Part shown: positions 1 to 12,489 of the stretch, in pieces
Layout: the number at the start of each line of letters is the position of its first letter
Position numbering within the stretch: the stretch's first letter is position 1
Source: Octopus vulgaris
Lineage: Eukaryota
Direction: 5' to 3'
NCBI GenBank assembly: GCA_951406725.2
Contig: OX597817.1
Coordinates: forward strand, 106,144,001-106,208,000
DNA: 64,000 nucleotides
The notes under the pieces: generated by a model
The model's input: the letters and a program-made list of their open reading frames with translations, nothing else
What the model was told of the DNA's origin: nothing
The model's database searches: none
Translations under genes and position numbers: made by a program

Positions 1-308
1 AATGTCAGTGGGAGTTGTCTACAAGGAATGCATGTATGAAGATTACATATGTATGTGAAGCATGTGTACATAAGTTTCATTAGTATGTAACGCATGTATC
101 TGTAAAATATGTTTGAGATGTGTGTATATTTATGTATGAGACACATGCATCTCTGTGTTTCTGAGACACGTGTGTGTATGTGTGTGAATATAGTCACTAC
201 ACCTCTAAGGTTATCTAATCATTGTTAATAAGTACAGAGGAGACTGGTGCAAAATATAAAAGAATGCACTTGCAATAGCTTCTATTTGCAATAAGAAAGC
301 AAATTTCT

Positions 309-690
309 TTTTAATACAAAGGATTAATGTTTAGATAACAGTATGAAATACATAATACTGCAGTTTAATACTGTATTATCAAAACCTGTCTTACTAATCT
401 TTGTAATACTATATTTAATATAAAAGATAGGTGTTAGTATTATCAGTATGGAACATGTGATACTGTATTCAATAAAAGATTACTATTATGGTGCCAGTAT
501 CAGACACATAATGCTATATTTAATGCATTTTTTTTTAAAGACATGAATTATTCTTGCATGTAATGCTGTGTTTAATGTAAAGTATCAGTGTTAAGATACC
601 AGCATGAAACATAGAATAATGTATTTAATACAAAGGATTAGCGTTAAGATGCCAACATCAAACATGTAATGCTGTATTCTAATGACATGG
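309..690. repeat. Degenerate minisatellite, ~52-bp unit, ~7 copies
   Basis: Recurring TTTAAT..AAAG.AT..TGTTAAGAT.CCAG.ATGAAACA..TAAT.CTGTA pattern. Confidence 0.6.
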
Positions 691-1224
691 ATACGGTTAA
701 GGTTAATAATACTAAAAGTTAAAGAGTGTAATGAGTTTAGTTGAGACAGTGAAGACATAATTAGCCTAAATTGGAATGCTGAGGTTTCATTTTGTAGATT
801 AAAAATGGCTGAATAGAATGCAAAGAGTGTGATCTGAGAGACAAGTGACAGCTACTTCTAGCTGTTCAAATAACCATACAAAGGCTCTCAGGAAAAATAG
901 CTCATTTAAAAAGACTGAAAAAGTGTTATCTGGTAATTACTTCATAGATTTTCCAAACAAGACACAGGTGGAAAATTAGCAACTAACCTAAGATCAACAG
1001 AATAAATAATTGATTATAGTTATGGATATGGAGATGACTTCTGCATGGCTCTTAGGTACCCTTAATGGAGTTAACTCTGCTGTCAAAGGATAACTTCCTT
1101 CTTCCTCCCAACAATCTCAGAGACTCTGAAAAAGCTCATGAGTGCTGTCCTTCCTCTCCTCATTAAGAAAAAAAATTAATCTATGTCCAAGGGGAAATTA
1201 AAAGGAAGATATATGATATGATTG

Positions 1225-1435
1225 TTTTTAATTTAGGCACAGATCCAGTAATTTTGAGGGGAGGGAATATGAAGATACCATCAACCCCAGTACTTGACTG
1301 GTACTTTATTTCTTCAATCTCAGAAGGATGAAAAGCAAAGCAGACCCTGACAAGAATTGAATTCAGAACTTAAAGAGCTAAAAGAAGTACTGCAAATTAT
1401 TTTTTCAATACTCTAATGATTTTGTCAGTTAGCCA
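1225..1435 (-). mobile_element. SINE family B (MetaSINE-like), old copy
   Basis: Reverse complement contains GCTTTTCATCCTTCTGAG..AAGTACCAG core, as in 22392-22623. Confidence 0.75.
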
Positions 1436-1671
1436 TTTTTACAAGAGTTGTACAGTATAATGACATTAAATTCTGTTTGATAATAAATCAATTCAAAATG
1501 TTATGGGTCTCAAATTATAGGGATATGCTATAAAAGACCACCAGCAGATATACAAACTTGAATTTTCTATACTTGCTGGATCTGGTGGAAGGAGCAGTGC
1601 TCATAATCTTTTCAGGTTCTTCAAGACCACTGTGCTTGATATCAAATAATATTGTGTTTTTTATAATGTTG

Positions 1672-1803
1672 TAGCTGAGTGGACTGAAGCAATATGAAGT
1701 AAAGTGTCTTGTCCAAGGACACACTGCACCTTCTGAACTGGGAATCAAACCCACAAATCTTATGATTAAGAAGAGCCTAAGTTGCTTAACCACTGGGCCA
1801 CAT
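1672..1803 (-). mobile_element. SINE family C head fragment
   Basis: RC: TGGCCCAGTGGTTAAG..GGTTTGATTCCC..GTGTCCTTGGACAAGACACTT (A/B box plus CORE-like segment). Confidence 0.65.
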
Positions 1804-1889
1804 ATCTTTACTTTAGAAGAGGATTGCAATTAACCTGAACTAAATGTTGTTTGCAGTAGAATTCCTTTCACACTTCCATTTCCTTGTTT

Positions 1890-2147
1890 GCATAAGCCCT
1901 GAATGCGCTCACCATACAGATTGGTGTTGAGGTCTCTCACCTCATGAGTAGCAGCAGCTGCCTTTGAGGAGGACCAGCAACAGCATATTGCTACTGCAAG
2001 AGACAGATGTCACAGGGCAGTGTCTGCCTCAGTTCAGACAACAGACTATCATTGTGACACCTGTAGGCACCTGGACTGCTGAGTCACATGCACTCTCATC
2101 AATGAGAACATAGACTTTGTCATCATTGGACACTGATGGATTACCAA
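1890..2147 (+). mobile_element. RTE (BovB-like) LINE 3' end fragment
   Basis: Translation AAAFEEDQQQHIATARDRCHRAVSASVQTTDYHCDTCR..LLSHMHSH resembles the BovB-type C-terminal Cys/His motif. Confidence 0.55.
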
Positions 2148-2992
2148 CATATTTCACACTAAAGAAGCTGTAAAGTTAATTTCTTTCTCTTTTCCAGGCA
2201 AAATTTAAACTTTGTTATCTTAATAACAGAAAGGATAAGCATCTAAGTGATTCGCTAGACTTTTTTCTGAGCCAGTGAGGGCACTTCTTGAAAAAGTAGC
2301 TGAATCTCCCTCATATTGCACTGTACCATCTTGAAAAAGAAAGATGGACATATTAATTAATACTTTGATGTGCTTTCTCCAAACAAGAGATGGGATGGTC
2401 AAGCATCTACTAAATCAATGCTGACTTCAAATTAAACAATAACAACATGATTTGCTCAACTATCTTTATAAAGTTATATACATACCTATAGCCAACACAC
2501 TTTTATCAGTGCCCTTCTGTAATTATAGGAATTACTGGTACTTAAGTAACTCTTACAGATGTTTACTTAGTAATGGAGATTTCATTCCAAATAAGCTTTG
2601 ATACTGAAGAAATTTTCTCTGCATAATTATTGACCAAACAAACAGGAAACCAGTCTAGACTTAATGCGGTATTAGGTGTGATGGATTTCCTTACACTTAC
2701 TCAAAGAAATCAATGTCAAGAAAATATAGTTTATTTTTCAGCTGTTGCAAAGAAAAGAACAATTCTTTCCCATTTATTTTATGAATTTTCTTTTGGACAG
2801 GAAAAACAATAACCAAATGGCAAAGTTCTAGTGAAACCAAACAACTGAAGACAATTATGTTTGTAAACTACAAAAAGAACTATGAATTATATACAAACAT
2901 GTATCAGCGGTACATTCTGCAAGATTCTTTTATGGAAGAATACTTTCTTATTTTACTGAAATAACAAAAGATGACATGAACATGTATGCACA

Positions 2993-3059
<67 letters not shown>

Positions 3060-3749
3060 ACACACACACACACACAAACACACACATACATGCATGCACA
3101 TATGCATGCACAACCTGCCTTTGGCATTTTTTAAGAGCAACCAGTCTTAAATTACATTTCAGTTTATTTCATATATTATGGAAAAACATGTAACTTTACT
3201 GTGTGTTTTGAAAAAAAAATGACTTGAAAGGCTACCTATGTAACAACTCAGTAAGCTATATATTTATGATAATTAGCACTAAACCTTTACAGTAGAGACA
3301 TTAACTCAAACTTGATACCTTAGCAATGTTGTTTTAATACACATTTAGCATGATCAAACTTGTTTATCATACTGGAAGTGCTTATTTCCTGGTGGCTAAA
3401 ATTAATGTCCAGTTCATTAACAGCAAAGCTACTCATTCTGCTTCAACCTTTATATATAGAGAGAGAGATAGATAAGGTGGCAGATGTGCAGAAACATTAA
3501 ACACTTTGGACACATGGAATTAGATATTCTCAAATATTCAGAAAGGCTCCCTAGAGGTAGATAGTTTCTGGTATCTAGGTGACCAAATTAGCAGTGAAGG
3601 GTGATACTCTGAAAGTATAGTTGCTAGAATAAGAATAGGTTGGAGAAAGTTCAGAGAGCTTTTACCTCTGTTGGCAACAAAAGGCCTCTCTCTCTCTCAG
3701 AAAGGTAGATTGTATGAGGCTTGTGTATGAATAATTTATGCTCCATGAA

Positions 3750-4084
3750 TGGCTCAGTGGTTAGAGCATCAGGCTCACAATCATGAGGTAGTGAGTTCGA
3801 TTCCTGGATCAGGCTGTGTTGTGTACTTGAGCAAGACACTTTATTTCACATTGTTACAGTACATTCAGCTGAAGAAATGAGTTGCAAGGTCACTGATACC
3901 AAGCTGTATCAGCCTTTGTCTTTTCCTTGGATACTATCAGTGGCATAGAGAGAGGAGGCTTGTATACATGGGTGACTGCTGGTCTTCTATAAACAACCTT
4001 GCCCAGACATGTGCCACCAATGGTAACTTTCTAGGTGCAGTCCCTTGGTCATTCATGACTGAAGGGGATCTTTACTCTTTTACC
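3750..4084 (+). mobile_element. SINE family C (tRNA head + CORE-like), full length, nested in RTE
   Basis: TGGCTCAGTGGTTAGAGC (A box), GAGTTCGATTCC (B box), TTGAGCAAGACACTTT; homologous to 18533-18860. Confidence 0.85.
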
Positions 4085-4553
4085 CTAGTGAAACATGGGC
4101 CCTGAATGCAGAGGACATGTGTTAACTAGAGAGAAATGAAGTTTGTATGCTTTGATAGATGTGCCATGACAGTGTGCATGTATGAAAAAGTATGAAATAG
4201 GTTGAGAAAAAATTAGGCATAATAGGAATCTACTGTAGCATTCAAGAGAGAAGACTTTGATGGTTTGGATATGTGATGCATATGAATGTGGACAGATGTA
4301 TAAAGAAGTGTAGATCACTTAAAATGGAGGGAACCTGAAGAAGAGGAACCTAGGGATGAAGTAGTAAGGGCCAACCTCAAAATGTTGAGCCTCACAAGGG
4401 AGATGACAATGGATTGCAATGTCTGGCAGTATGAGATTCTTGAGAAGACTCACCCACCTCAGTGAAACTGAGTTCTGGAAGTACTGCGTATTATTCGCGC
4501 TTCCCCAACACATTACGTTAATTCACCTCCACCTCTAAATGAACCAAACTATA

Positions 4554-4720
4554 GGCATAGGAGTGGCTCTGTGATATGTAGCTTGCTTACCAGCCACATG
4601 GTTCGGGGTTCAGTCCCACTGCATGGCACCTTGGGCAAGTGTCTCCTACTATAGCCTCGGGCCGACCAAAGACTTGTGAGTGGATTTGGTTAACGGAAAC
4701 TGAAAGAAGGCCGTAGTATT

Positions 4721-4794
<74 letters not shown>

Positions 4795-5039
4795 TGTATG
4801 TATGTGTGTGTATATGTTTGTGTGTCTGTGTTTGTCCCCCCCACCCCAACATCACTTGACAACCGATGCTGGTGTGTTTACGTCCCCATAACTTAGCGGT
4901 TCAGCAAAAGAGACTGATAGAATAAGTACTAGGCTTACAAAGAAAAAGTCCTGGGGTCAATTTGCTCGACTAAAGGCAGTGCTCCAGCATGGCCACAGTC
5001 AAATGACTGAAACAAGTAAAAGAGTAAAAGAGAAAGAGT
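4554..5039 (+). mobile_element. SINE family A (tRNA head, central (TA)n/(TG)n, GAAACAAGTAAAAGA tail)
   Basis: GGCATAGGAGTGGCT..GGTTCAGTCCCACTGC..CACCTTGGGCAAGTGTC..CCAGCATGGCCACAGTCAAATGACTGAAACAAGTAAAAGAG. Confidence 0.9.
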
Positions 5040-5334
5040 ATATCTCACTATGCACTACGCTTGCCTCTCCCAATCCATGCTCCTTTAGACCAATGCTGTT
5101 TTGTCACCTCTCTTTCCTGCCCCCTTCCCCACTAATTATATAATTGCTGTCCTGCTACTCTCCTATATACCTATATTCACCATGTATAGCATTCCCCTTT
5201 TCCTTCCCTCACCCCTATTCTCCTTTTGCACTTTCATGAACTCCTTGCTCACTCACTCTGTCCAATCCTCTGTACCATTCCACTTACATTCTTCTCTTTG
5301 CACCTTGAAGGTATGCCCTGGCACATCCTCAAAA

Positions 5335-5401
<67 letters not shown>

Positions 5402-5878
5402 AGTTATTTATCTCCTCCATATCAAGACACTTGTTTCTGTCTTATCATACTTTAACCGCTCATCACCTGGCACAAACCTATCTCCATCAATATCATTCGC
5501 CTTCTCAGTTGAGGAGTCTTTATCTTGCATGTTACTTGATGCCTTTGCTAGTGCCACTTAAAAAGTACTCAGTACACTCTGTAAAGTGGTTGGTATTAGG
5601 AAGGGCATCCAGCTGTAGAAACCATGTCAAAGCTCAGTAGAGCTCAGCACAGTCCTCCAGCTTACCAGTTCCTGTCAAACCATCCAACCTGAGTCAACAT
5701 TAAATGATAATGATGATGATGATGCTGTACATATATACATATATATGTATGTATGCATATATATATCTATATGTGTTTGTGTGTGTGTGTGTGTGTAAAT
5801 TAATATAAACAGCAAGGTGCAATGTTGTGCCATAAAGGAAAAAATTTGTGACTATCATATACATGTATATATATATAC

Positions 5879-5947
<69 letters not shown>

Positions 5948-5954
5948 CACACAC

Positions 5955-6100
5955 TCCTTGTTTTTTTCTGTGTATCTTTCTGTAGAAGAGCGTAGGCTCG
6001 AAACATAAAAGACTTTTTCTATTCCTGAGCGCTATACTAATACATCTGTTTGTTTGTACTCCACCTGCCTTCATCTTTTGTTTATTTTAGTAAACTTTCC

Positions 6101-6103
<3 letters not shown>
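5955..6103 (+). mobile_element. Penelope-like pLTR fragment with degenerate minimal hammerhead, embedded in (TA)n
   Basis: TCTTT-CTGTAGA-A-GAGC-GTAG-GCTC-GAAACATA-AAAGA: stem I TCTTT/AAAGA, stem II GAGC/GCTC. Confidence 0.6.
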
Positions 6104-6199
<96 letters not shown>

Positions 6200-6227
6200 C
6201 ATACATACATACACACACACACATACA

Positions 6228-6263
<36 letters not shown>

Positions 6264-6276
6264 TATATATCCATAC

Positions 6277-6345
<69 letters not shown>

Positions 6346-6346
6346 A

Positions 6347-7194
6347 CAGGGTGCAATGAATAAATTGTCATCTAAACTATGCAAAAACGAAAATAACACT
6401 GACATTTATTTAACAGATATATTTACCAAAATTACATAGAAATATCTTGAAATACTAAAGAGTAAATTTATGCAATAAAATCGGCATTGGCTTCAACCAC
6501 ATCCTCCAGACAACTTCGGAATCTCCTGCAACTCTTTTGGACTGCTGCCATAATCCTTGCCTTCAGTTCATCTTTGATTTTACAAGGAGTTTTGTTGGTC
6601 TCTCGCTCAACTGCCACCCACATATAATAATCAAGGAGGTTACAGTCTGGGGAGTTAGGTGGCCAGATGTTAGGGGTGATGTGGTTGCAGAAATTGTCTG
6701 ACAGCTACAACTGGGTTCCCCTGCTTGTGTGGCATGAGGCAGAGTCCTGTTGCCAGACATAGGGTCTTCCTGCAGCCACTCTCTTGAGCCAGAGCAGCAC
6801 TACCTCCTCCAGGAACTTGATGTAGGCCTCCATGTTGAGCTTGAGGCTGTGTGAGAAGATAAATGGAGGCATAATGTCACCATCACTAGTGATCACTCCA
6901 AATACCATGATGTTGACTGGATGTTTGATTTTTATCACTCTCGGTACCTGTCCTCACAATTGACACCCAAATACTCTGAAATGTTCGTAGTGGAACTTCT
7001 GGCACGAATGCCAAGCAGTACAGCATGTCACTTCCAAATTTCTGGCAGAGTGAATTGCATCATGGTGCTGGTTTTATCACAGATGGTGCCCAACTGACCC
7101 TACAATACTGAGTAGTCAACAAAATCAAAAACAAACAATGTGCATGCACGAAATTAAAAATATAAAAAGGTGACAATTTACCCATCACACCCTG
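6347..7194 (-). mobile_element. Internally deleted IS630-Tc1-mariner element, DD37D (maT) type
   Basis: TIRs CAGGGTGCAATGAATAAATTGTCA / TGACAATTTACCCATCACACCCTG; transposase remnant WQQDSASCH..WPPNSPDCNLLDYY with 37 residues (one a stop) between the last two Asp. Confidence 0.85.
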
Positions 7195-7399
7195 TATATA
7201 TGTTGCTGGCTCTGAAAATTGCTATTTAGCACAGCTGCATAGCTATAAAAATCAAATGAGACTATGACTTTATTTCTATGTATGGAAAAAAAACAAGATT
7301 TCAAATAGTTATTCATAAGGCCAGCTTTCCAAATTCAGTGGTGTATGTAGTTCCAACAGGACAGGATTATGGTCTGTCACAGAGGATTATTCCTCTTTG

Positions 7400-7532
7400 G
7401 CAGCTGAGAGAATTGGGGCAATGTGAAACGAAGTCTTTTGCTCAAAAACACAACACATTTCTCGGTCCAAGAATCAAAACTGCAATCTTACAGTCATGAG
7501 TGCAACACCCTAATCACTAAGCCATGTGCCTC
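7400..7532 (-). mobile_element. SINE family C head fragment
   Basis: RC: GGCACATGGCTTAGTGATTAGG..TTTGATTCTTGGACC..TTTGAGCAAAAGACTT. Confidence 0.65.
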
Positions 7533-7842
7533 CATGATGGAACTTTAATAGACAAATAAATCAGAATGTGCAGCTCAGTTTCTTATAAGCTCTCAGATAT
7601 TCTTACAAAGCAGAAACCAAACCTTCTGCAATGAAAAGCAAATGCTCAGCTTTAAATATCTTATAAGAGTGTCTGTAATATTAGAACAAGACCTGTAAGA
7701 GAGGAATATTCAGGTGATATATCAGTCTGCAGCCAAGAGAATATCTGACAACCTTACCTCCAAAAATAACTTCACAGACACTATCCATCGTATTATTTTA
7801 CAAAGGTTAGCAAGCATGTTGTACTTCATGTGTATTTTAGTC

Positions 7843-8240
7843 TCTTTTTACCAGACTTTTATCTTTCAGACTGCGACCATGCTGGGGCACCACCTTGAAG
7901 AACTTTTAGTTAAACAAATCAGCCCCACCACTTTCTTTTTTTTTTAAGCCTGGTATTTATTCTACCGGACTCTTTTGCCAAACCACTAAGTTATGAGGAC
8001 ATAACACAACACCACCAGTTGTCAAATGGGGGAGCAGGGAAGCAAACACAGACAGAGAGGCACACATACACACACACATATGACAGGCTTTTCTCAGCTT
8101 CCATCTACCAAATCCACTCAGAAGGCAATGGTCAGCCTGGGGCTACGGTAGAAGACACTTGTCTATGGTGCTACACAGAAGAACTGAACCTGGAACCATG
8201 TGGTTGGAAAGCAAGCTTTTTACTATACAGCCACACCTGC
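7843..8240 (-). mobile_element. SINE family A
   Basis: Reverse complement of family A head, body and tail. Confidence 0.8.
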
Positions 8241-8559
8241 ACCTTCTTATCTATTTTTCTTATGAAGTATATTTGATTAAAATTGAAATCAATCGCATAT
8301 CCAAAATTTCCCAAATTATGAACAATTTAAGGATACTTCCAAATCCAAACGTTCTGTATGCAAACCATTTTTCTGAAAACTATAATTAAGGTTTCTCAAT
8401 TATATTTAATTATCAATTTTCATCTCATAGGAAGACATTTAGATGGATACATTCAAATTACTAATTACTATATAAACTGCAGTTATATTGCAGGAACTCA
8501 TTAAGGTCAAAACAGCCATAATTTTCCATTACTACAACTACTACTACTACTACTACTAC

Positions 8560-8607
<48 letters not shown>

Positions 8608-8608
<1 letters not shown>

Positions 8609-9260
8609 TCTTTCTACTATTGGTGCAAGGCCTGGAATGGGGGGGCTTGTCAATTGCATCAACCCCAGTGTTCCACTGGTACTTATTTTATTGATCCAGA
8701 AAGGATGAAAGGCAAAGTTAACCTCAGCAGAATTTGTACCTAGAACATAAAGATAGACGAAATGCTGCTAAGCATTTTGCCTGGTGTGCTAACAATATTG
8801 CCAGCTCACTGCTTTAGTAATAATGATGATAATCCTTCCTACTAAAGGCACGAGGCTTGAAATTTTGGGGAAGGGGACTAGTCGATTACATCAAACCCAG
8901 CGTTTCACTGGTACTTAATTTATCAACTCAGAAAATATGAAAGGCAAAGTTAACCTCAGCAGAATTTGAACTTAGAACATAAAGACAGAGGAAATACTGG
9001 TAAGCACTTTGCCCAGAGCGCTAACAATTCTGCCAGCTTGCTGCCTTCAGTAATAATAATAATTCTTTCTATTAAAGGCACAAGGCATGGATTTTTGTGG
9101 GGAGGGAGACAATCAATAAAATCGACCACAGTACTTGACTGGTACTTAATTTATTGATCCTGAAAGGATGAAAGGCAAAGTTGACCTTGGCAGAATTTGA
9201 AGGCAAAATGCTGCTAAGCAATTTGTTTGGTGTGCTACCAATTCTGCCAGCTCACTGTCT
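8608..9260 (-). mobile_element. Three head-to-tail SINE family B copies separated by (AAT)n
   Basis: Units ~8608-8815, ~8832-9048, ~9062-9260, each with ACTGGTACTT..GAAAGGCAAAGTT.ACCT..GCAGAATTTG. Confidence 0.85.
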
Positions 9261-10013
9261 TAATAATAACAACAACAACAACAACAACAACAACGACGAT
9301 GATGATGATGATGATGATGATAATTATTGGTGTGCTTAATTTCTCTAGAAGTTGCAATAAGTACATTAAAATTTCATATAACACCATTATCTTTATTGAA
9401 AAGATTCAATTGAAGATAACCTTTTGTGGCAACTATCCACCTATAACATAGCCAAGACTAGCCTATCCATCTATAAGAGAGCCAAAACTAGGCTTCCATT
9501 TCAGACAAAATGTGTTCCACATTAAAGTATTACTCATGTATCTGTGACAGTAGAGCAGCCACATATAAGAGAGGAATACTTTACACAGTGTTTGCACTGT
9601 GTAAAGTATTCAATATATCATAAAGATTCAATATATCATCCAGCTATCAGTAGCCCATCAAAATGCTAAGTCCTCTGCCTATCCTTACCAGTATTTCTGC
9701 AATAGATTCTGATCCTGTAATGTTCTTCAGTCCCACAAAACACATCTGAGGCACCTACTTATTTTTGTTTCATCATTTCTACTATATTACATTTCTACTG
9801 AATCACAAAACTATACTAAGCATCTTTCTTTCATTCTCTTTTTCTTTTTTTCAATAGTTGCAAGTATTATTCCTTTAACTTATTCTCAAAATGAATTTAT
9901 TTCTCACTGTTACCCTACCTGGAAGAATATATGTATATACATATATATATATATACTTTGATACTTTGATAGGTTTCGGCCATTATTGGCCCAGGCCATG
10001 TCTAACTTAATAG

Positions 10014-10670
<657 letters not shown>

Positions 10671-10674
<4 letters not shown>

Positions 10675-10821
10675 TGTGTGGTAAGTAGCTTGCTTGCCAA
10701 CCACTTGGTTCCGGGTTCAGTCCTACTGCGTGGCACCTTGGGCAAGTGTCTTCTACTATAGCCTCAGGCCAACCAAAGCCTTGTGAGTGGATTTGGTAGA
10801 TGGAAACTGAAAGAAGCCCGT

Positions 10822-10860
<39 letters not shown>

Positions 10861-11095
10861 TTGATATATATTTGTGTGTATATGTTTGTGTGTGTGTTTA
10901 TCCCCCAACATCGTTTGACAACTGATGCTGGTCTGTTTATGTCCCCGTAACTTAACAGTTCAGCAAAAGAAACCAATAGAGTAAGTACTGGACTTACAAA
11001 ATATAAGTCCTGGGGTCGATTTGCTCAACTAGTGGTGGTGCTCCAGCATGGCTGCAGTTAAATGACTGAAACAAGTAAAAGAATTAGAAGAATAA
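10671..11095 (+). mobile_element. SINE family A
   Basis: Head, (TG)n, body and tail present. Confidence 0.9.
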
Positions 11096-11311
11096 AATAA
11101 TATATATATATATATACACACACACACATACTCGCATATATTTATATATGTATATGTATGCATATATATGTACGTGTATATATATTTATGTGTGTGTATA
11201 TATATATATATATATACATATACAGAGTCCACCAAAAAAGATTTACACACTTCAAGAAAAGCATATAGAAATATTTTGATGCTAAATTTATTGAGACATC
11301 ACAGGATTAGT

Positions 11312-11480
11312 ACAGAGAACAACTTCTGTCACATTCCAGGGAGGAAAACTAGAAGTAGTTGATAGCTTCCATTACCTAGATGATCAAGTCAGTAGCTGGA
11401 GAGGGTGAGCTGAAAGTGTAGCTGCTAGAATAAGAATAGCCTGGGCAAAGTTCAAAGAGCTCTTACCTCTGCTGGTGACA
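11312..11480 (+). mobile_element. RTE LINE internal fragment
   Basis: Matches QKTTSVTFQG.KLEVVDSF.YL.DQVSS..ARIRIAWAKF.ELLPLLVT of the 24-27 kb RTE. Confidence 0.8.
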
Positions 11481-12136
11481 TATATGGGTACAGGAAGTAA
11501 CCAACAGTAAACAACATGGAGTATGAAAACAAATGAGTTAGATACGCAATCAATGCAAGAAAAAATGGAAAAGAGGATAAGTAACACAAAGAACGACCCT
11601 TCATCAGTTGTCAGCTGTCTATCTACTCTTCATTTTGAGCATTCAACAACAATATGAGTCTTCGAAGACAGTTGCTCCCATAAATACCAAAATAAAATTT
11701 TGGATTTATGGAGAGTCAAAGTTGGGAACAAAAACAGGACAGTGGAGACATACAAAGAATCGAATGAAAACAAACATGGAGGGTCAGTTAGACCAGAACA
11801 AGGGGGAAATATTTTCTTTGAAAAGAGAAAGGTTAGAAGAGAGTGATAGAAGATGTCCAGTCCTTAGGATGTTGTAGAAGAAAAGAAAGATGGTCAACTG
11901 AGGAAAAGAAAGATGGACAATGGTCACATGTGAGCAACGTGAGAGACAAAAAGAGAAAGAGGAGAGAGAGACAGATAGAAAACGGTAAAGGGGAGAAAAG
12001 GGAATTAGAGAAGGATGAGGGAGAAAACAGTATAGAGTAAAGTCACATCAAAAAGGTTAAGATAAACTTACTTGGAAATGGGTGTGTGACATTCAATTAA
12101 ATAATGATATAAATAATATATATGTGTATGTATGTA

Positions 12137-12170
<34 letters not shown>

Positions 12171-12255
12171 TATATGGGTGCAGGACATCACCAACGATAA
12201 ACAACATGAAGTATGAAACAAACGAGTTAAATACACAAACGAGAGAAAAAATGAT
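11481..12255. mobile_element. Repeat with partial direct terminal repeat (Penelope-like?)
   Basis: 11481-11570 repeated at 12171-12255 (TATATGGGT.CAGGA..ACCAAC..TAAACAACATG..); related sequence inverted at 27470-27517; RC contains CTGATGAAGGG. Confidence 0.45.
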
Positions 12256-12260
12256 GTATG

Positions 12261-12294
<34 letters not shown>

Positions 12295-12375
12295 TGTATG
12301 TATGTATATATATGTATGTATATATGTGTGTATGTATGTATATATATATGTATGTATATATATATTTATATGTAT

Positions 12376-12427
<52 letters not shown>

Positions 12428-12442
12428 TCATATATACATATA

Positions 12443-12484
<42 letters not shown>

Positions 12485-12489
12485 GGTCA

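Larger units (their letters stand above)
3530..5725 (+). mobile_element. Old RTE LINE 3' portion, interrupted by two SINEs and (CT)n
   Basis: 3530-3748 and 4086-4460 match the ORF2 C-terminus of the 24-27 kb RTE (YLGDQ..ARIRI..KFRELLPLL; ETWA..AEDM); 5560-5725 matches its 3' tail ending in (TGA)n. Confidence 0.8.

Noticed and set aside
2801-2964. Acceptor-led open frame (KTITKWQSS..)
   Set aside because: No homology recognised and no supporting neighbouring exon.
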